Source: Eledone cirrhosa (taxonomy: Eukaryota). Taken from it: a stretch of DNA of 64,000 nucleotides. The stretch's first letter is position 1; each line of letters starts with the position of its first letter. Shown in pieces: positions 23,575 to 37,449 of this stretch. The stretch covers positions 868,001 through 932,000 of the forward strand of contig OZ024749.1 of the NCBI GenBank assembly GCA_964016885.1, read 5' to 3'. Under the pieces are notes generated by a model. That model was given only the letters and a program-made list of their open reading frames with translations. It made no database searches and was not told where the DNA came from. The translations under genes and the position numbers were made by a program.

Positions 23575-26500
23575 GTTTGCCTTCAATGTGCAACAAACTT
23601 TCAAAAGATCCCAGGTCAGAAAAAGAGACACCATACTTCTATGATGGATGGGCTCTGGGAAATGGTCCAGCTAACAAATTGGTCCTTTCAGTGCCTGGCC
23701 TGTATGTCTGCCTCTGCCATTGCTGCTGAACAACAACAAAAACCAAAGATCATGTCTTCCTCTACCATTGTTCCTGAACAACAGCAAAAACCAAAAACCA
23801 AAGACCGTAGCTTCTGCTACTACCCCTGTTGAAGGACTTCATCAACAACAACTGACAACTGTGTCTTCCCCTACCATGCCTGTTGAAGAAGAACAAAAAT
23901 CGACCGTCAATACGGAGTTTGAGGAAATACGGCAAATAATTTCCGCTTTAAGCCGAAAAACAGCGGGAATAAAATCAAGCATTCCTGTAGAACCTCACAA
24001 TGAGGGATCTTACTGGAGTGCCTTGTTAAAAAATCTCTGCGTACCTCTTGCTGAATCTAGACGCAATGAGAACGCCACTGAATCTGTAAACCATGAAGTG
24101 ATTGCCATTGGTGTACCAGAAGACATAGTTGATCTTCAGGCATTTGCTGCCAGTTTATCCAGAGACTTGGGCTGTGCTTCCCCAAAAGGTGCTCTACGCC
24201 TTGGCCGACCAGGTCCAAAACCCAGGCTAATTAGACTGTCTTTTTCGAACTCAACCGAGGCACGTTCATATCTTTTAGCCTCTGATAATGCTAGGCGTGA
24301 AAGTCGGATTGCCTTCAGAACACACCCTGGTCTTCGACCTGATGTCCGCCCAAAGCTGCGTGCTGCAGCTTCCTTAAACCGCAGCTCGGCAGAAATGAAA
24401 GTTTCAGCCTACGTGATGATGGGCAGATATGGAAGTTTGTTAAGGCTGGTGAAACATGGAAAAGAGATACCAGCTGGTCTGAAAAAACTCTGGGAAACTA
24501 AATCAGAACAACCTGCCACTCCCTGTACATAATTATAGACCGGAATCAAGGTACAAATTGTTGTCTTTGAATGCACGTAGTCTTTGCAATAAGATACATC
24601 TTTTTTACTCCTACGTCAAAAGTATCAACCCTGACTTCATTACAGTCACGGAAACACGGGCACATTCCTTACTCTGTGATGGGGTTTTCAGCATAACTGG
24701 CTACAACTGGTTTCGTAAAGACCGCATTAACCGTGGTGGTGGTGGTGTAATGGTCTACGCTCGGTCAAATTTTTCGGCAATTCCTTGTGTTGATTTGAAC
24801 TAATCGCAGCAAGAGGTATTTTTCTGCAATATACATATGACCATGTCAACAATGCTACTTGGAGTCGTTTACCGTCCCCCAAATTACCATCAGGACACTC
24901 AACTTTGTGATATTCTCAGAGTTTATTACAGGGGGCTTCAATCACCCTGAGATTGACTGGGAAACCTTTCATTGGCCGCAGTGCAAATGACTTCCTGGAG
25001 CTAGTGCTGGACTCGAACTGGTCCCAAGTAGTCACCTCCCCAACAAGAGGTGACAACACTTTGGACCTACTCCTGAAACGGTTATTAGTGTTACTACTGA
25101 GGAACCTTTAGGTGACTCTGATCATTGGTAATCTATCCCTCATGGGCAGTAACAAAAAACCACAACCATCTCCAAACTGCTTACTTTAACTGGAACTGTT
25201 ATTGCACCGAGTTGCAACGTCCAAACTGGCTTGAGTTTTACGACTCTGGAGATGTCAACACTGTATTCTAGAACCTCCTGAACTCAATATGGACAGCATC
25301 GGTGCCACGTAAGCAGAAAAAACATCCCAAAAGTGCAATTTGGGAGACTGCAGCAGTCCGTCTTCCCAGAAAAGAACGTTGTAATGCTGAACGTGAGTAC
25401 AAACTGCATAAATCAGATATCAATAGCAAAATAAATCATCCAACCATCTCAAACAGGTGACAAAAAAGGCAGTGCTTCAATTTGAGCAGCGCATGGCAAC
25501 CAGCCCTGACAGTAAGGTGTTCTGGAATTATGTTCACTCAAAGCAGAGGCCTCACTCACCAGTTGGTCCTCTTCGCAATCCCCACACAAGCCAGGTTACT
25601 GACGACCCCAAGGAATGCGCAGAACTCATTGCTGAATGCTATGCAGGCAGTTTCACTATTGAAGACCAGAGTGTACTATCTCCACCACTTCTGACATCGG
25701 ATTCTATTACAACTATGGAATTTACACCTGCAATGTCACCTTAAAAATAACTGCAACCATGCCTCCCCTGGTCTTGATGGTGTTACATACGTGTTACATC
25801 GTCCAGTCAGTCTTACTAGCTGCATTGCCAAACTGATGGAATCTTGTGTCAGAGAAACGCTTTGGAACTTCTGGAACTCTCAGTCTTATCCGGCCCTCGC
25901 AATTTGGATTTATCCCTAATCTAGCTGCTGTGATCAACTTATCGAGTTTCTTGAAAACATCACCCGGATCACAGTTGGCGGCTCATGGGTGGATGTTGTT
26001 TACCTTGACTTTGCTAAAGCCTTCAATTCTGTGCCACACAAAAGACTTAAGGCAAAACTCTCTGCAATGAGTGTGAAGGATAATCTTTTAACTGGTTGAA
26101 GTCCTTCATTCCCAGTCGAAGAGAGGTAGTCACGGTTCTAGGACAGCATTCCTCACCGTATGAGATGTTATCTGGTGTACCACAGGGATCTGTTCTTGGC
26201 ACCCTTTTGTTTGTGGCAGATATTAATGACATAGATGCCACAGTACTGAAATATGCAGATGACATCAAGCTGTACCAGGACAGATCCTGAACACTATAGA
26301 TCTTGCTTGCAGTCTGACCTGGTCACAATGCAACAATGGATCACAGACTGGCAACTCAAGCTAGCTGTGGACAAAAGAACCACCATGCATTTTGGGAGTA
26401 AAAACCCAGCATCCACATATTCCCTCCACAACACTAATATCAGGAAGTCTTCTTGTGAACGTGACCTGGGCATTACGGTCAGCAGCGATTTGCGTTGGAC

Positions 26501-27255
26501 GAAGCACGTCTCTAAAATTGTCAAGAAGGCCGAGGGTGTCTTAGCATCACTCAGCAAGACCTTTGTCAGCTGCTCTCCAGCTATCTATTTAAAGCTGTAT
26601 GTAGCTATGGTGCGGCCACACTTAGAATTTGCATCACCAGTCTGGAACCCTTATCTTGCTCAGAACATTGACCGCCTGGAAACTGTTCAGACATGCAACT
26701 AAGCGAATACCCTCCATCAGGCATCTACCATACTCTGAGGAACCCCTATCTTGCTCAGAACATTGACCGCTTGGAAACTGTTCAGACATGCAACTAAGCG
26801 AATACCCTCCATCAGATATCTACCATACTCTGAGCACCTTGCTTCCCTGGGCATGGATACATTGAAGCTCCGACGTCTGACAACTGACTTGGTAAACAGC
26901 CACAAAATTATTAACCAACAACGCTGAGTACCTTTTTGATTTCCATGTGTCTAACACACGTGGGCATGCCCACAAAGTCAGAAAACAGCACATATCCCAT
27001 GACTTTCGAAAACATTTTTTCACGCTCAGAGTTGCTGAAGCATGGAACAAACTACCTGCATCAGTTGTTAGCTGTGGGGACACTGCATCCTTTAAAACCT
27101 CCATGCTTCCTGAGATTCGCCAACACTATACCTAATATTCCCCCTCCATACACACGCACACTATTCACTTCCCTGACATTTGTATATTATTCTATGTACT
27201 ATACAAGCACCTTTGATGAGTTGTAGTGCACCTGAGCACTGTAATTTCATTATTA
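23575..27255 (+). mobile_element. CR1-clade LINE, near full-length, degenerate
   Basis: ORF1 remnant at 23720..24532 (RLGRPGPKPRLIRL); endonuclease LNARSL, ITVTET, RKDR..RGGGV; RT SGVPQGSVLG and YADD; C-terminal ERDLG, VRPHLEFASPVWNP, TRGH and WNKLP; short (ATT) tail. Confidence 0.9.
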
Positions 27256-27889
27256 TATATTATATGAAAATGTTAAACCCCAGGGTTTAACTTTTTCCTA
27301 TTACCCACTCTACTACCCTAAGTATTGAGTACTCTGGTCCATCTGGTTCCTTACCACACTTCCTTTGTAATATATATAATATATATGTGTGATAAATTAA
27401 TATAGACGTGACATTTAAAAAAACATATATATTATATAAGGTATTACTCTTTTACCTGTTTCAGCCATCCGGCTGAGGCCATGCTGGGGCACCGCCCTTG
27501 ACAATATATATAAACTTATTTATTTCAGTTTATCATAATACTAGCATTAAAGCCCGGCGTTGCTTGGGGTCATTAAGTTACCAAAGTTAGGTTGCACCAC
27601 CCATTTTATGGCAGCACTTTTTTGTCTGCCAGGCACTGGGTGAATGAATTGCAGACCTGGAAGCATGAGCTGCGCCAGCAGTGACAATTGTAGTTTCGCC
27701 TATGGATATTATCTCTGTGCAAAAAAAGTGTTGAAATTTATTGTTTCACAGTACTTGCGCAACACGCGCGTAGACGATGTCAGCCGAACAACAGAGCTGC
27801 GATGGAGTTGTTGCATGGTTGTCCGTGTGTTTTCTAAATTTAAGACAGTAGGGAGGGTTGTGATATGAGGGAGAGTTAGCTGTTGTTTC

Positions 27890-28565
27890 GGCGATATCCA
27901 ATTTTAGTGGACTAAATGCTGCTTACTTCAATGTATGAGGCTATTCCAACAAATTTACATTCCCCTTTTTTTAGCCGTTAAAAGAAATATAGATTTATTT
28001 ATTGTTTGTTTTATTTTGCGATTTATTTGCCACTAGAGCATTAGGCGGGGGAAGTTTTTACAAAAATCAAGTACAAACATTTAACGAGTGATTAAAAAGG
28101 AATATAAAAAATTAAGTCCTCAATAGAGAGGCAGCCTTTTGGGGTCACACACACCCCCGTAGAAAGTGTGCGACCTTTCTGCCAGGGAGCACAGAGAGAG
28201 GTGGGTGCTCCCTTCTTCTCTTACCTGTACAAGCCGATATAGAGAGATGGCCCACTTACACGGGCCATTATTGCTACTTTCACCCATCTTTCATGGAATT
28301 GGCTGAGACTGAGTGCCTTTCTCTCCACCTTGATCCTTCTTTCGAAGTGGTATCGAAAGAAGAGGACCATTTGTTGGCCGGCGACATAACAAACAAACAA
28401 AAACGAGGCAAATAAATCGTAAAAAAAAAACAATAAATAAATCTATATTTCTTTTAACGGCCAAAAAAAAGGGAATGTAAATTTGTTGGAATAGCCTCAT
28501 ACATTGAAGTAAACAGCAACTACAGAACGTAAGCAGCATTTAGTCCACTAAAATTGGATATCGCC
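27890..28565. mobile_element. Merlin-like MITE with about 140-bp TIRs and an 8-bp TSD, carrying a Tx1 LINE 3' fragment
   Basis: GTTGTTTC|GGCGATATCC ... GGATATCGCC|GTTGTTTC. The interior 28230-28380 is homologous to 41620-41780. Confidence 0.8.
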
Positions 28566-29052
28566 GTTGTTTCTAGCAGGTTTAGTGACCTCATAGAAGA
28601 TATGTTTTCTAAATTTAAGACAGTAGGGAGGGGTGTGATATGGGGGAGAGTTAGCTGCTGTTTCTAGCAGGTTTAGTAACCTCATAGAGGATGTGTTTTC
28701 TAAATTTAAGACAGTAGGGAGTGGTGTGAACGGACAGTATCACCATCAAGCTTGGAAAGAGAAAGTAGCAGAATGTATGAAGTTGTATAGATATTGAATG
28801 GTAGTAGAAAGAGTTCAGCAGTTTAAATGAGAGAGAAAAATCGTAAAATATTGAGTTTTATCTATTTTTTGCGTAATTGTGGGTGAAATTGAAAAAATTA
28901 TCTGCGTCAAGACGCAATCGAAACCATTTCGTATACTGAATTGTAAATTTCAATTGAAGAAATTCTATATCGTAGATTTCTATAACGAAGGAGCATGACG
29001 ACACACTGAGCTTTATAGATTATGATATTAAAAAGAAAAAAAACACACACAC

Positions 29053-29370
29053 ACACAAGCAGGTAATACACACATCTAGGACCACATACAACACACCAGC
29101 AAGTAATACACACATCTAGGACCACATACAACACACCAGCAGGTAATACACACATCTAGGACCACATACAACACACCAGCAGGTAATACATGCATCTAGG
29201 ACCACATACAACACAAGCAGGTAATACATACATCTAGGACCACATACAACACACCAGCAGGTAATACATACATCTAGGACCACATACAACACACCAGCAG
29301 GTAATACATACATCTAGGACCACATACAACACACCAGCAGGTAATATATACATCTAGGACCACATACAAC
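29053..29370. repeat. 40-bp minisatellite (locus 2)
   Basis: Same unit as 14071-14727, about 8 copies. Confidence 0.95.
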
Positions 29371-30036
29371 AAAAGGAAGGCGTAAAGAGTGTTTAGCAGT
29401 GATGGATATATAATGTGTAATAGGTAAGTGCCACGCGTATCCAGTTTGGTAGAAAGATGTGAAGGAACATCGACAACGAATTAAGTATTCAGAAGACACG
29501 GTCTACTGGCTGGAGTGTTGCTAGGCCGTGGTTATTTTGTTGTTACATTTTGGCTCGTGATTTCATGGCGAAAGAAAAACAGTTGGTTGCATGATAAATG
29601 AGAAGTATGTTAGTCATCTCGACAACGAATACCATGATAATAATGTCAACAAGAAGAATGTTCGTGAGATGAAATGTATGTTTCTTTGGTTGTAGCACAA
29701 AGTAATGTTTGTTAAATTGTATGGTTGAAGTTAAGCATAAAAGGGTTACAAAAGGAATGTGGCATTGTGCCAGGTCGGCAGGCCAAAGTGAAAATCTCAC
29801 CGTTACATATAGTTCGTTTTCGTCCTTCGGCGTTCAAGCAGCAAGAGAAAGATTTCTCAAATCGACGCGGGAATTTCTGTAGGGTAGGGATACATTCTCT
29901 TCTTCTGGCGCTGATTGGCTGAGCTGAGCCAAATCACGCACGGAGAATGTATCTATGAGCCCGCGGAATGTAGGTCACTACAAGTGGACAAAGGAACTGC
30001 TACGAGCAAAAGTAACAAACTATTTTCAACAATTAG

Positions 30037-30654
30037 GGTAATTTACTATTTTACGTTCTCAAACTCAAATAAACATTATCGCTAGTTATGTCTGGAGGTC
30101 GAAAGTGAAACTGTTAAGCGGTGAACCACAAGTCAAATTACTGACTAGGGGTTAGGGTTAGATTATTTATTGAAAAAGAGAGAGAAAAATTATTAGATAC
30201 AAAAAGAGACAGAATTAAAAGCAGAACTAGTTAAATATTAATATAATAGTAACGATGGATTGGCAGTATCGGTAGAGGGTCGGACGCCATGCTTTCCAGC
30301 ATAGTTACGTCCCTTTACGATCTGAGTTCAAATCCCGCCGAGGTTGACTTTGCCTTTCATCCTTACGGGGTCGATAAAATGCCAGCTCCAAGTATCAGTT
30401 ACATCTCTTGTAAGTTTGGTTATATTATATTTCTCAGCAAAAATTTGAGTGCTATTCATTTACTTCATCTGTTGGAACAATATATTTTGGCGCAGTAGCA
30501 GGTTGACCTCCAGGCATAATTTTCTGTCAGAAGTGAAAGTAATTTTCAAAAGTGATTTTCAAAAATTCACCGCTTAACAGTTTCACTTTCGACCTCCAGA
30601 CATAACTAGCGATAATGTTTATTTGAGTTTGTGAACGTAAAATAGTAAATTACC
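30037..30654. mobile_element. Merlin-like MITE with about 90-bp TIRs and an 8-bp TSD
   Basis: ACAATTAG|GGTAATTTAC ... GTAAATTACC|ACAATTAG. Contains a SINE fragment at 30256-30380. Confidence 0.85.
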
Positions 30655-32261
30655 ACAATTAGATATGACAGATAAAATCTTCATTCCCCGAAAATATAAA
30701 GCGGCTATTTTACGGGTCCTGGTAAAATAGACTCCTCGGTTATGTAGCCGGTACGAGTGTCAGACACGATGAGTTGCGGCCTTTTACGGTGTGAGTTAAG
30801 GCAATTTGAAATTTTTTCCACCATCAATTGTTAAAAAACAAGTTAAAATCATTTAGTCGTCCATTCGTAACATACGTTACACTTTAGTTACATACACACA
30901 CATCTATATAAACAGATACAGACAACAGATGTGAAAACCCACACATACATACATCTACACGTAAATACATAAGCAAAAGTGAAAACCTACAAATACACAC
31001 ACATCTACTCATACATATTCATAAATAGACACATTATACAAAATAATTATTACCTACACACACATCTATGAATGACCGAGGAAGGAAGAGGCTGGTGAAA
31101 CACTGTAGCGATATGGGTGTTGCGCTCCTTTAGGGTTTACAGGCTACATTCGAAAAAATAAATATTTTTGTATTTTCATTTCTTCTGTTGAAGTTTTATC
31201 TGAAAGTTTAAAGCAGCTTTTTTGCTCTTGTCTTTGTTATGGTCGCTTAGACTGGTTATAGAAACTGTGTTACGGTATATGAAATAGTAATAATTGTTAG
31301 TATTACCTGCTATTCTTGGACCTCCGTCCTTCCCGACCACCACTGTTCCAATATTTTCATTCAACGGAATAACTTGCTCTTGACATAGACGTGCAAGTGA
31401 CTGAGCATTCCACAGTCACGTTTACACTTAATGTAGTTCTTTGGAAGATTGGGCGTGGCACGATGTGACAAAGCTGGTAGTTGCGAGTGTTGGCTTGTCT
31501 AAAAAGTTAGTTTGACTGAGTAGCGGTCTTCTTTTCACCTTTTTCTTTTACTATTTCCCCTCCTTTTCTTCTTTTTGTTTTGCACTGTGAAAGAAAGTGA
31601 TTATAAATGCAGTTTCCATCACCCGTGATAATGCTGCGTCTTATGAGGTGTGGTCGATTATCACAGTTGGTGGTGAATTGCTCCTCCACCTTTTTTTCTT
31701 TCCTTTATCATTATTGTTCAATGAATTATATTATTGTGTAATTATTCACGGTTTAGACATTATATTTGTTCTTCTGAACGAATTGCGAACAATTTATAAT
31801 GTTATTAATGCATTTGTAATGTTATTTATGTATACTAGCAGAAAAACCACCCCTCGAAATTTATATATAATATCGTCTTTTTTTTAATGTATCATGGATT
31901 ACATTACTGATTAAATAAGACAGTGTAACACAGTCTTCGTTCAATTTCTGTGTATATTGTCAATTACGATTTTATTTGATGTATCATATCTACATGTATA
32001 TATATTTGCGTATAATATCAATATACACACTACACATGCTAGCAGAAAACCACCCGAAGTAACGTAATCCATGATACATTCAGTAGGAAAAAATTACTGA
32101 TAGAAAATTAATGTTTATTTAAGCGATCGCCACCGGAAGTGTTGACATTTGAAAATGTTAAAGAAGTGAATCTTTAAATAAATAATAAAATGTATTTAAT
32201 GAACAGCCACGAAATTTAGTAGATAAATTATGTAATATTCATTCATTATTTATTCAAAGTA

Positions 32262-32450
32262 AGGCGGTGGATTGGCAGTATCGGTAGAGGGTCGGACGCC
32301 ATGCTTTCCAGCATAGTTACGTCCCTTTACGATCTGAGTTCAAATCCCGCCGAGGTTGACTTTGCCTTTCATCCTTACAGGGTCGATAAAATAAAGTACC
32401 AGTAATGAACTGGATAATTGCTGGCCTTGTGCCTAAAGTAGAAACAATTA
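32262..32450 (+). mobile_element. Full-length Meta-like SINE with TSD
   Basis: Flanked on both sides by ATTATTTATTCAAAGTAA; B box GAGTTCAAATCC. Confidence 0.9.
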
Positions 32451-34084
32451 TTTATTCAAAGTAATCCAAGTTATTTTACTAATGGGATAAAAAATTATAA
32501 ACCGTACACAGTCCCGCGCTTCTTACTTTATTATAGTTTAGATATTTAAAACATATTTGCAATGTTATTCTACTGTAAATTTATACAATTGTAAATAAAG
32601 TATATAGTTTCCAATTGCGCAAACATATTTTTGCCAACTGGGTGAACTGAAGCGAAATGGAACAAAGTGTTTTACAGCCTGACAACGATCTCACTTCATT
32701 CTGACCGTAAGCCAAACATCTATTACCATGAGTCATGCACTTTCACAAATTCACATTGTAGTGTAATGGCGAATGCGTGTATTGTTGTTGTTTTTCTTTC
32801 TGACTACTTTGCTGTTGTTTCTTTCGTAAATAGTAAATAAATAATTTAAGCAATACACATTGTGGTGACCTACATTCCGAGGGCTCATGGATACATTCTC
32901 CGTACGTTGTTTGGCTCAGTTCAGCCAATCGCTACCAGCGTAGGAAAATGTATCTCGACTTCTGCCCAGAGGGAAAAATCTCTCTTGCAGCTCGACATCG
33001 CGAAGGTAAACATCTCTTGCTTTCGTTCCTCAAGCATAGACAATATGTAGCAACAGATATCACTACGGGTCTGGCTAACGCTTCAGCCAGTTGACCGTAC
33101 CATCTTAAACTCTTAATTAATCATTTCTCTTGGCATGCCAGCTAAACCTTTATAACCTTTTTATTGATAACATTAACTATCCTCTCAAGAGACATTCTTC
33201 TAACCTTTGTAATCTGTAAATAAATTATATATTATAAACAATTATAAAGTCGTATGATGCTATTTTCCACAACATTGCTTTTAACATCTTCAATGGTGAC
33301 TTCTGTGATACAATACACAAATACACACATTCTCAACACAAACATCTACTAAATAACTTCTTTTAAACACACCATTTAGACTTCAGGACTGGTTATAAAG
33401 ATAGTCGCATCTTTCAGTGAAATATTCTACTCTTTTCTTGGTATGGGTAGCATGTGTGTGTCTGTGCCGTTATTGAATGTGATGAGGTTGCCATGTCCTT
33501 AATCAGAGCCATCACCAGGTTTTGGTGCACCAGAGGTAGGCTTTGGACCGTTCTTGGTGCACACAAATGTTTCGGAATTAGTAATCACTAATGTTTTTTC
33601 CAAAATTTGAGGGTGCACACTCAAATAGGCAGCAATACTTTCTTTTGCCAGCGGACTCGTTCGATGTAGAATGTACTCATGAAGGTTGTGTAGGTCTAGC
33701 AAAGCATGTTTAATTTGCACGTGGGCACGTTAAGTTCCTCTTGTTCCCGATAGAGAACTGGGAGGCGAGTGGCTGCCACTGGACACGGTTGTCAGTCAGC
33801 CTTGTCATGAGCCTGCTCATGTGTCTGCCAGGTCTCCTGAAAAAACTCCACCTTAACTAAGTTTATCTCGTCTCCCATGCTTCTACTTGAAAGAAGCTCC
33901 CACTAATCTTTTCGCTGGTACGTGCAGCACGTGTATGGAAGGTTAAAGAGAGTTGAATGGTTGACACCATCTACGTTTAATTTTTCTTTTAAAACTGATT
34001 CTTTTCAAATTAGATTAATTTCCTGTTTGCCAAATGGTTTAACTAATTCCTGTTAGTGAAGCTAGGAATGTTTTTCAATATCAA

Positions 34085-34272
34085 ATAATTGTTTCGACTA
34101 TTGGCACAAGGCCAGCAATTACCCAGTACATTACTGGCACTTTATTTTATTGACCCCGTACGGATGAAAGGCAAAGTTAACCTCGGCGGGATTTGAACTC
34201 AAATCATAAAGGGAGGTAACTCTATGCTTCAAAGCATGGCGTCCGACCCTTACCGATACTGCCAATCCACCA
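34085..34272 (-). mobile_element. Meta-like SINE
   Basis: Matches the family consensus. Confidence 0.85.
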
Positions 34273-34499
34273 CTGAAAATATATTTGATAAAACTGAAAC
34301 ATTTCTTTTTTCCATATTTAGAGTCCCAATGGAAGTATGTCGTCTCATGTCCTTCATACGAACATTAATTCTCGACATGTCTTCCAGTTACGGTGAAAAT
34401 AAAATAACCCCCTCCCCCCAGCTGTATTGTAATATTGAAGAACATTAAAAAATGACTAGCTTAGTCTTAAATGTTGGTGTGTATCATAGGAGAAGCTTC

Positions 34500-37307
34500 T
34501 GGAAGATATATAGCTTGCTTAACCTATTATTCTGCCAGGAGTTGTGATCAGCAGATAGCAAGAGGTTGACCAATGGAAGATATATAGCTTGCTTGACCTC
34601 TTATCCTGCCAGTTGTGATCAGTTGATAGCAAGAGGTTGACCAATGGAAGATATATAGCTTGCTTGACCTCTTATCCTGCCAGGAGTTGTGATCAGCTGA
34701 TAGCAACAGGTTGACCAATGGAAGATATATAGCTTGCTTGACCTCTTATCCTGCCAGGAGTTGTGATCAGCTGATAGCAACAGGTTGACCAATGGAAGAT
34801 ATATAGCTTGCTTGACCTCTTATCCTGCCAGGAGTTGTGATCAGCTGATAGCAACAGGTTGACCAATGGAAGATATATAGCTTGCTTGACCTCTTATCCT
34901 GCCAGTTGTGATCAGCTGATAGCAACAGGTTGACCAATGGAAGATATATAGCTTGCTTGACCTCTTATCCTGCCAGTTGTGATCAGCTGATAGCAACAGG
35001 TTGACCAATGGAAGATATATAGCTTGCTTGACCTCTTATCTTGCCAGGAGCTGTGATCAGCTGATAGCAACAGGTTGACCAATGGAAGATATATAGCTTG
35101 CTTGACCTCTTATCTTGCCAGGAGCTGTGATCAACAGATAGCAACAGGTTGACCAATGGATGATATATAGCTTGCTTGACCTCTTATCCTGCCAGGAGTT
35201 GTGATCAGCTGATAGCAACAGGTTGACCAATGGAAGATATATAGCATGCTTGACCTCTTATCCTGCCAGGAGTTGTGATCAGCAGATAGCAACAGGTTGA
35301 CCAATGGAAGATATATAGCTTGCTTGACCTCTTATCCTGCCAGGAGTTGTGATCAGCAGATAGCAACAGGTTGACCAATGGAAGATATATAGCTTGCTTG
35401 ACCTCTTATCCTGCCAGGAGTTGAGATCAGCAGATAGCAACAGGTTGACCAATGGAAGATATATAGCTTGCTTGACCTCTTATCCTGCCAGGAGTTGTGA
35501 TCAGCAGATAGCAACAGGTTGACCAATGGAAGATATATAGCTTGCTTGACCTCTTATCCTGCCAGGAGTTGTAATCAGCAGATAGCAACAGGTTGACCAA
35601 TGGAAGATATATAGCTTTCTTGACCTCTTACCCTGCCAGGAGTTGTGATCAGCAGATAGCAACAGGTTGACCAATGGAAGATATATAGCTTGCTTGACCT
35701 CTTATCCTGCCAGGAGTTGTGATCAGCAGATAGCAACAGGTTGACCAATGGAAGATATATAGCTTGCTTGACCTATTATATTGCCAGGAGTTGTGATCAG
35801 CAGATAGCAACAGGATGACCAATGGAAGATATATAGCTTGCTTGACGTCTTATCCTGCCAGGAGTTGTGATCAGCAGATAGCAACAGGTTGACCAATGGA
35901 AGATATATAGCTTGCTTGACCTCTTATCCTGCCAGGAGTTGTAATCAGCAGATAGCAACAGGTTGACCAATGGAAGATATATAGCTTTCTTGACCTCTTA
36001 CCCTGCCAGGAGTTGTGATCAGCAGATAGCAACAGGTTGACCAATGGAAGATATATAGCTTGCTTGACCTCTTATCCTGCCAGGAGTTGTGATCAGCAGA
36101 TAGCAACAGGTTGACCAATGGAAGATATATAGCTTGCTTGACCTCTTATCCTGCCAGGAGTTGTGATCAGCAGATAGCAACAGGTTGACCAATGGAAGAT
36201 ATATAGCTTGCTTGACCTATTATATTGCCAGGAGTTGTGATCAGCAGATAGCAACAGGTTGACCAATGGAAGATATATAGCTTGCTTGACCTATTATATT
36301 GCCAGGAGTTGTGATCAGCTGATAGCAACAGGTTGACCAATGGAAGATATATAGCTTGCTTGACCTATTATATTGCCAGGAGTTGTGATCAGCAGATAGC
36401 AACAGGTTGACCAATGGAAGATATATAGCTTGCTTGACCTATTATATTGCCAGGAGTTGTGATCAGCTGATAGCAACAGGTTGACCAATGGAAGATATAT
36501 AGCTTGCTTGACCTATTATATTGCCAGGAGTTGTGATCAGCTGATAGCAACAGGTTGACCAATGGAAGATATATAGCTTGCTTGACCTATTATATTGCCA
36601 GGAGTTGTGATCAGCAGATAGCAACAGGTTGACCAATGGAAGATATATAGCTTGCTTGACCTATTATATTGCCAGGAGTTGTGATCAGCTGATAGCAACA
36701 GGTTGACCAATGGAAGATATATAGCTTGCTTGACCTATTATATTGCCAGGAGTTGTGATCAGCAGATAGCAACAGGTTGACCAATGGAAGATATATAGCT
36801 TGCTTGACCTATTATATTGCCAGGAGTTGTGATCAGCTGATAGCAACAGGTTGACCAATGGAAGATATATAGCTTGCTTGACCTATTATATTGCCAGGAG
36901 TTGTGATCAGCAGATAGCAACAGGTTGACCAATGGAAGATATATAGCTTGCTTGACCTATTATATTGCCAGGAGTTGTGATCAGCTGATAGCAACAGGTT
37001 GACCAATGGAAGATATATAGCTTGCTTGACCTATTATATTGCCAGGAGTTGTGATCAGCTGATAGCAACAGGTTGACCAATGGAAGATATATAGCTTGCT
37101 TGACCTATTATATTGCCAGGAGTTGTGATCAGCAGATAGCAACAGGTTGACCAATGGAAGATATATAGCTTGCTTGACCTATTATATTGCCAGGAGTTGT
37201 GATCAGCTGATAGCAACAGGTTGACCAATGGAAGATATATAGCTTGCTTGACCTATTATATTGCCAGGAGTTGTGATCAGCAGATAGCAACAGGTTGACC
37301 AATGGAA
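34500..37307. repeat. 74-bp minisatellite, about 38 copies
   Basis: Unit GGAAGATATATAGCTTGCTTGACCTCTTATCCTGCCAGGAGTTGTGATCAGCTGATAGCAACAGGTTGACCAAT; period 74 checked. Confidence 0.95.
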
Positions 37308-37449
37308 ACATTGTTTTCTTGATTCCGAATCACAATCAGTTCCTTTTACTTTTATCTATTATTTATTTATTTTTTTATTATGACATCTACATTTTAGAAA
37401 AAGAAGGTATACAATGATGTAAATGTGAAAAAAAAGATAAAACAAAACT

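Larger units (their letters stand above)
27539..30910 (+). mobile_element. Helitron-like non-autonomous composite tract with nested insertions
   Basis: Begins TACTAGCATTAAAGCCCGGCGTTGCTTGGG, resembling animal non-autonomous Helitron/Helentron ends. Contains about 90-bp tandem units (27827, 28603, 28692) and ends in a (CA/TA)-rich stretch. Boundaries are uncertain. Confidence 0.4.

Noticed and set aside
33499-33840. 73-aa minus-strand ORF as a host exon
   Set aside because: No recognisable motif or clear splice sites. It is more likely an old transposon remnant and cannot be resolved without a database search.
34500-37307. 74-bp satellite as a hammerhead-bearing satellite or coding repeat
   Set aside because: It has CTGATAG rather than CTGANGA and no GAAA junction. 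The unit is not a multiple of 3 and the frames contain stops.
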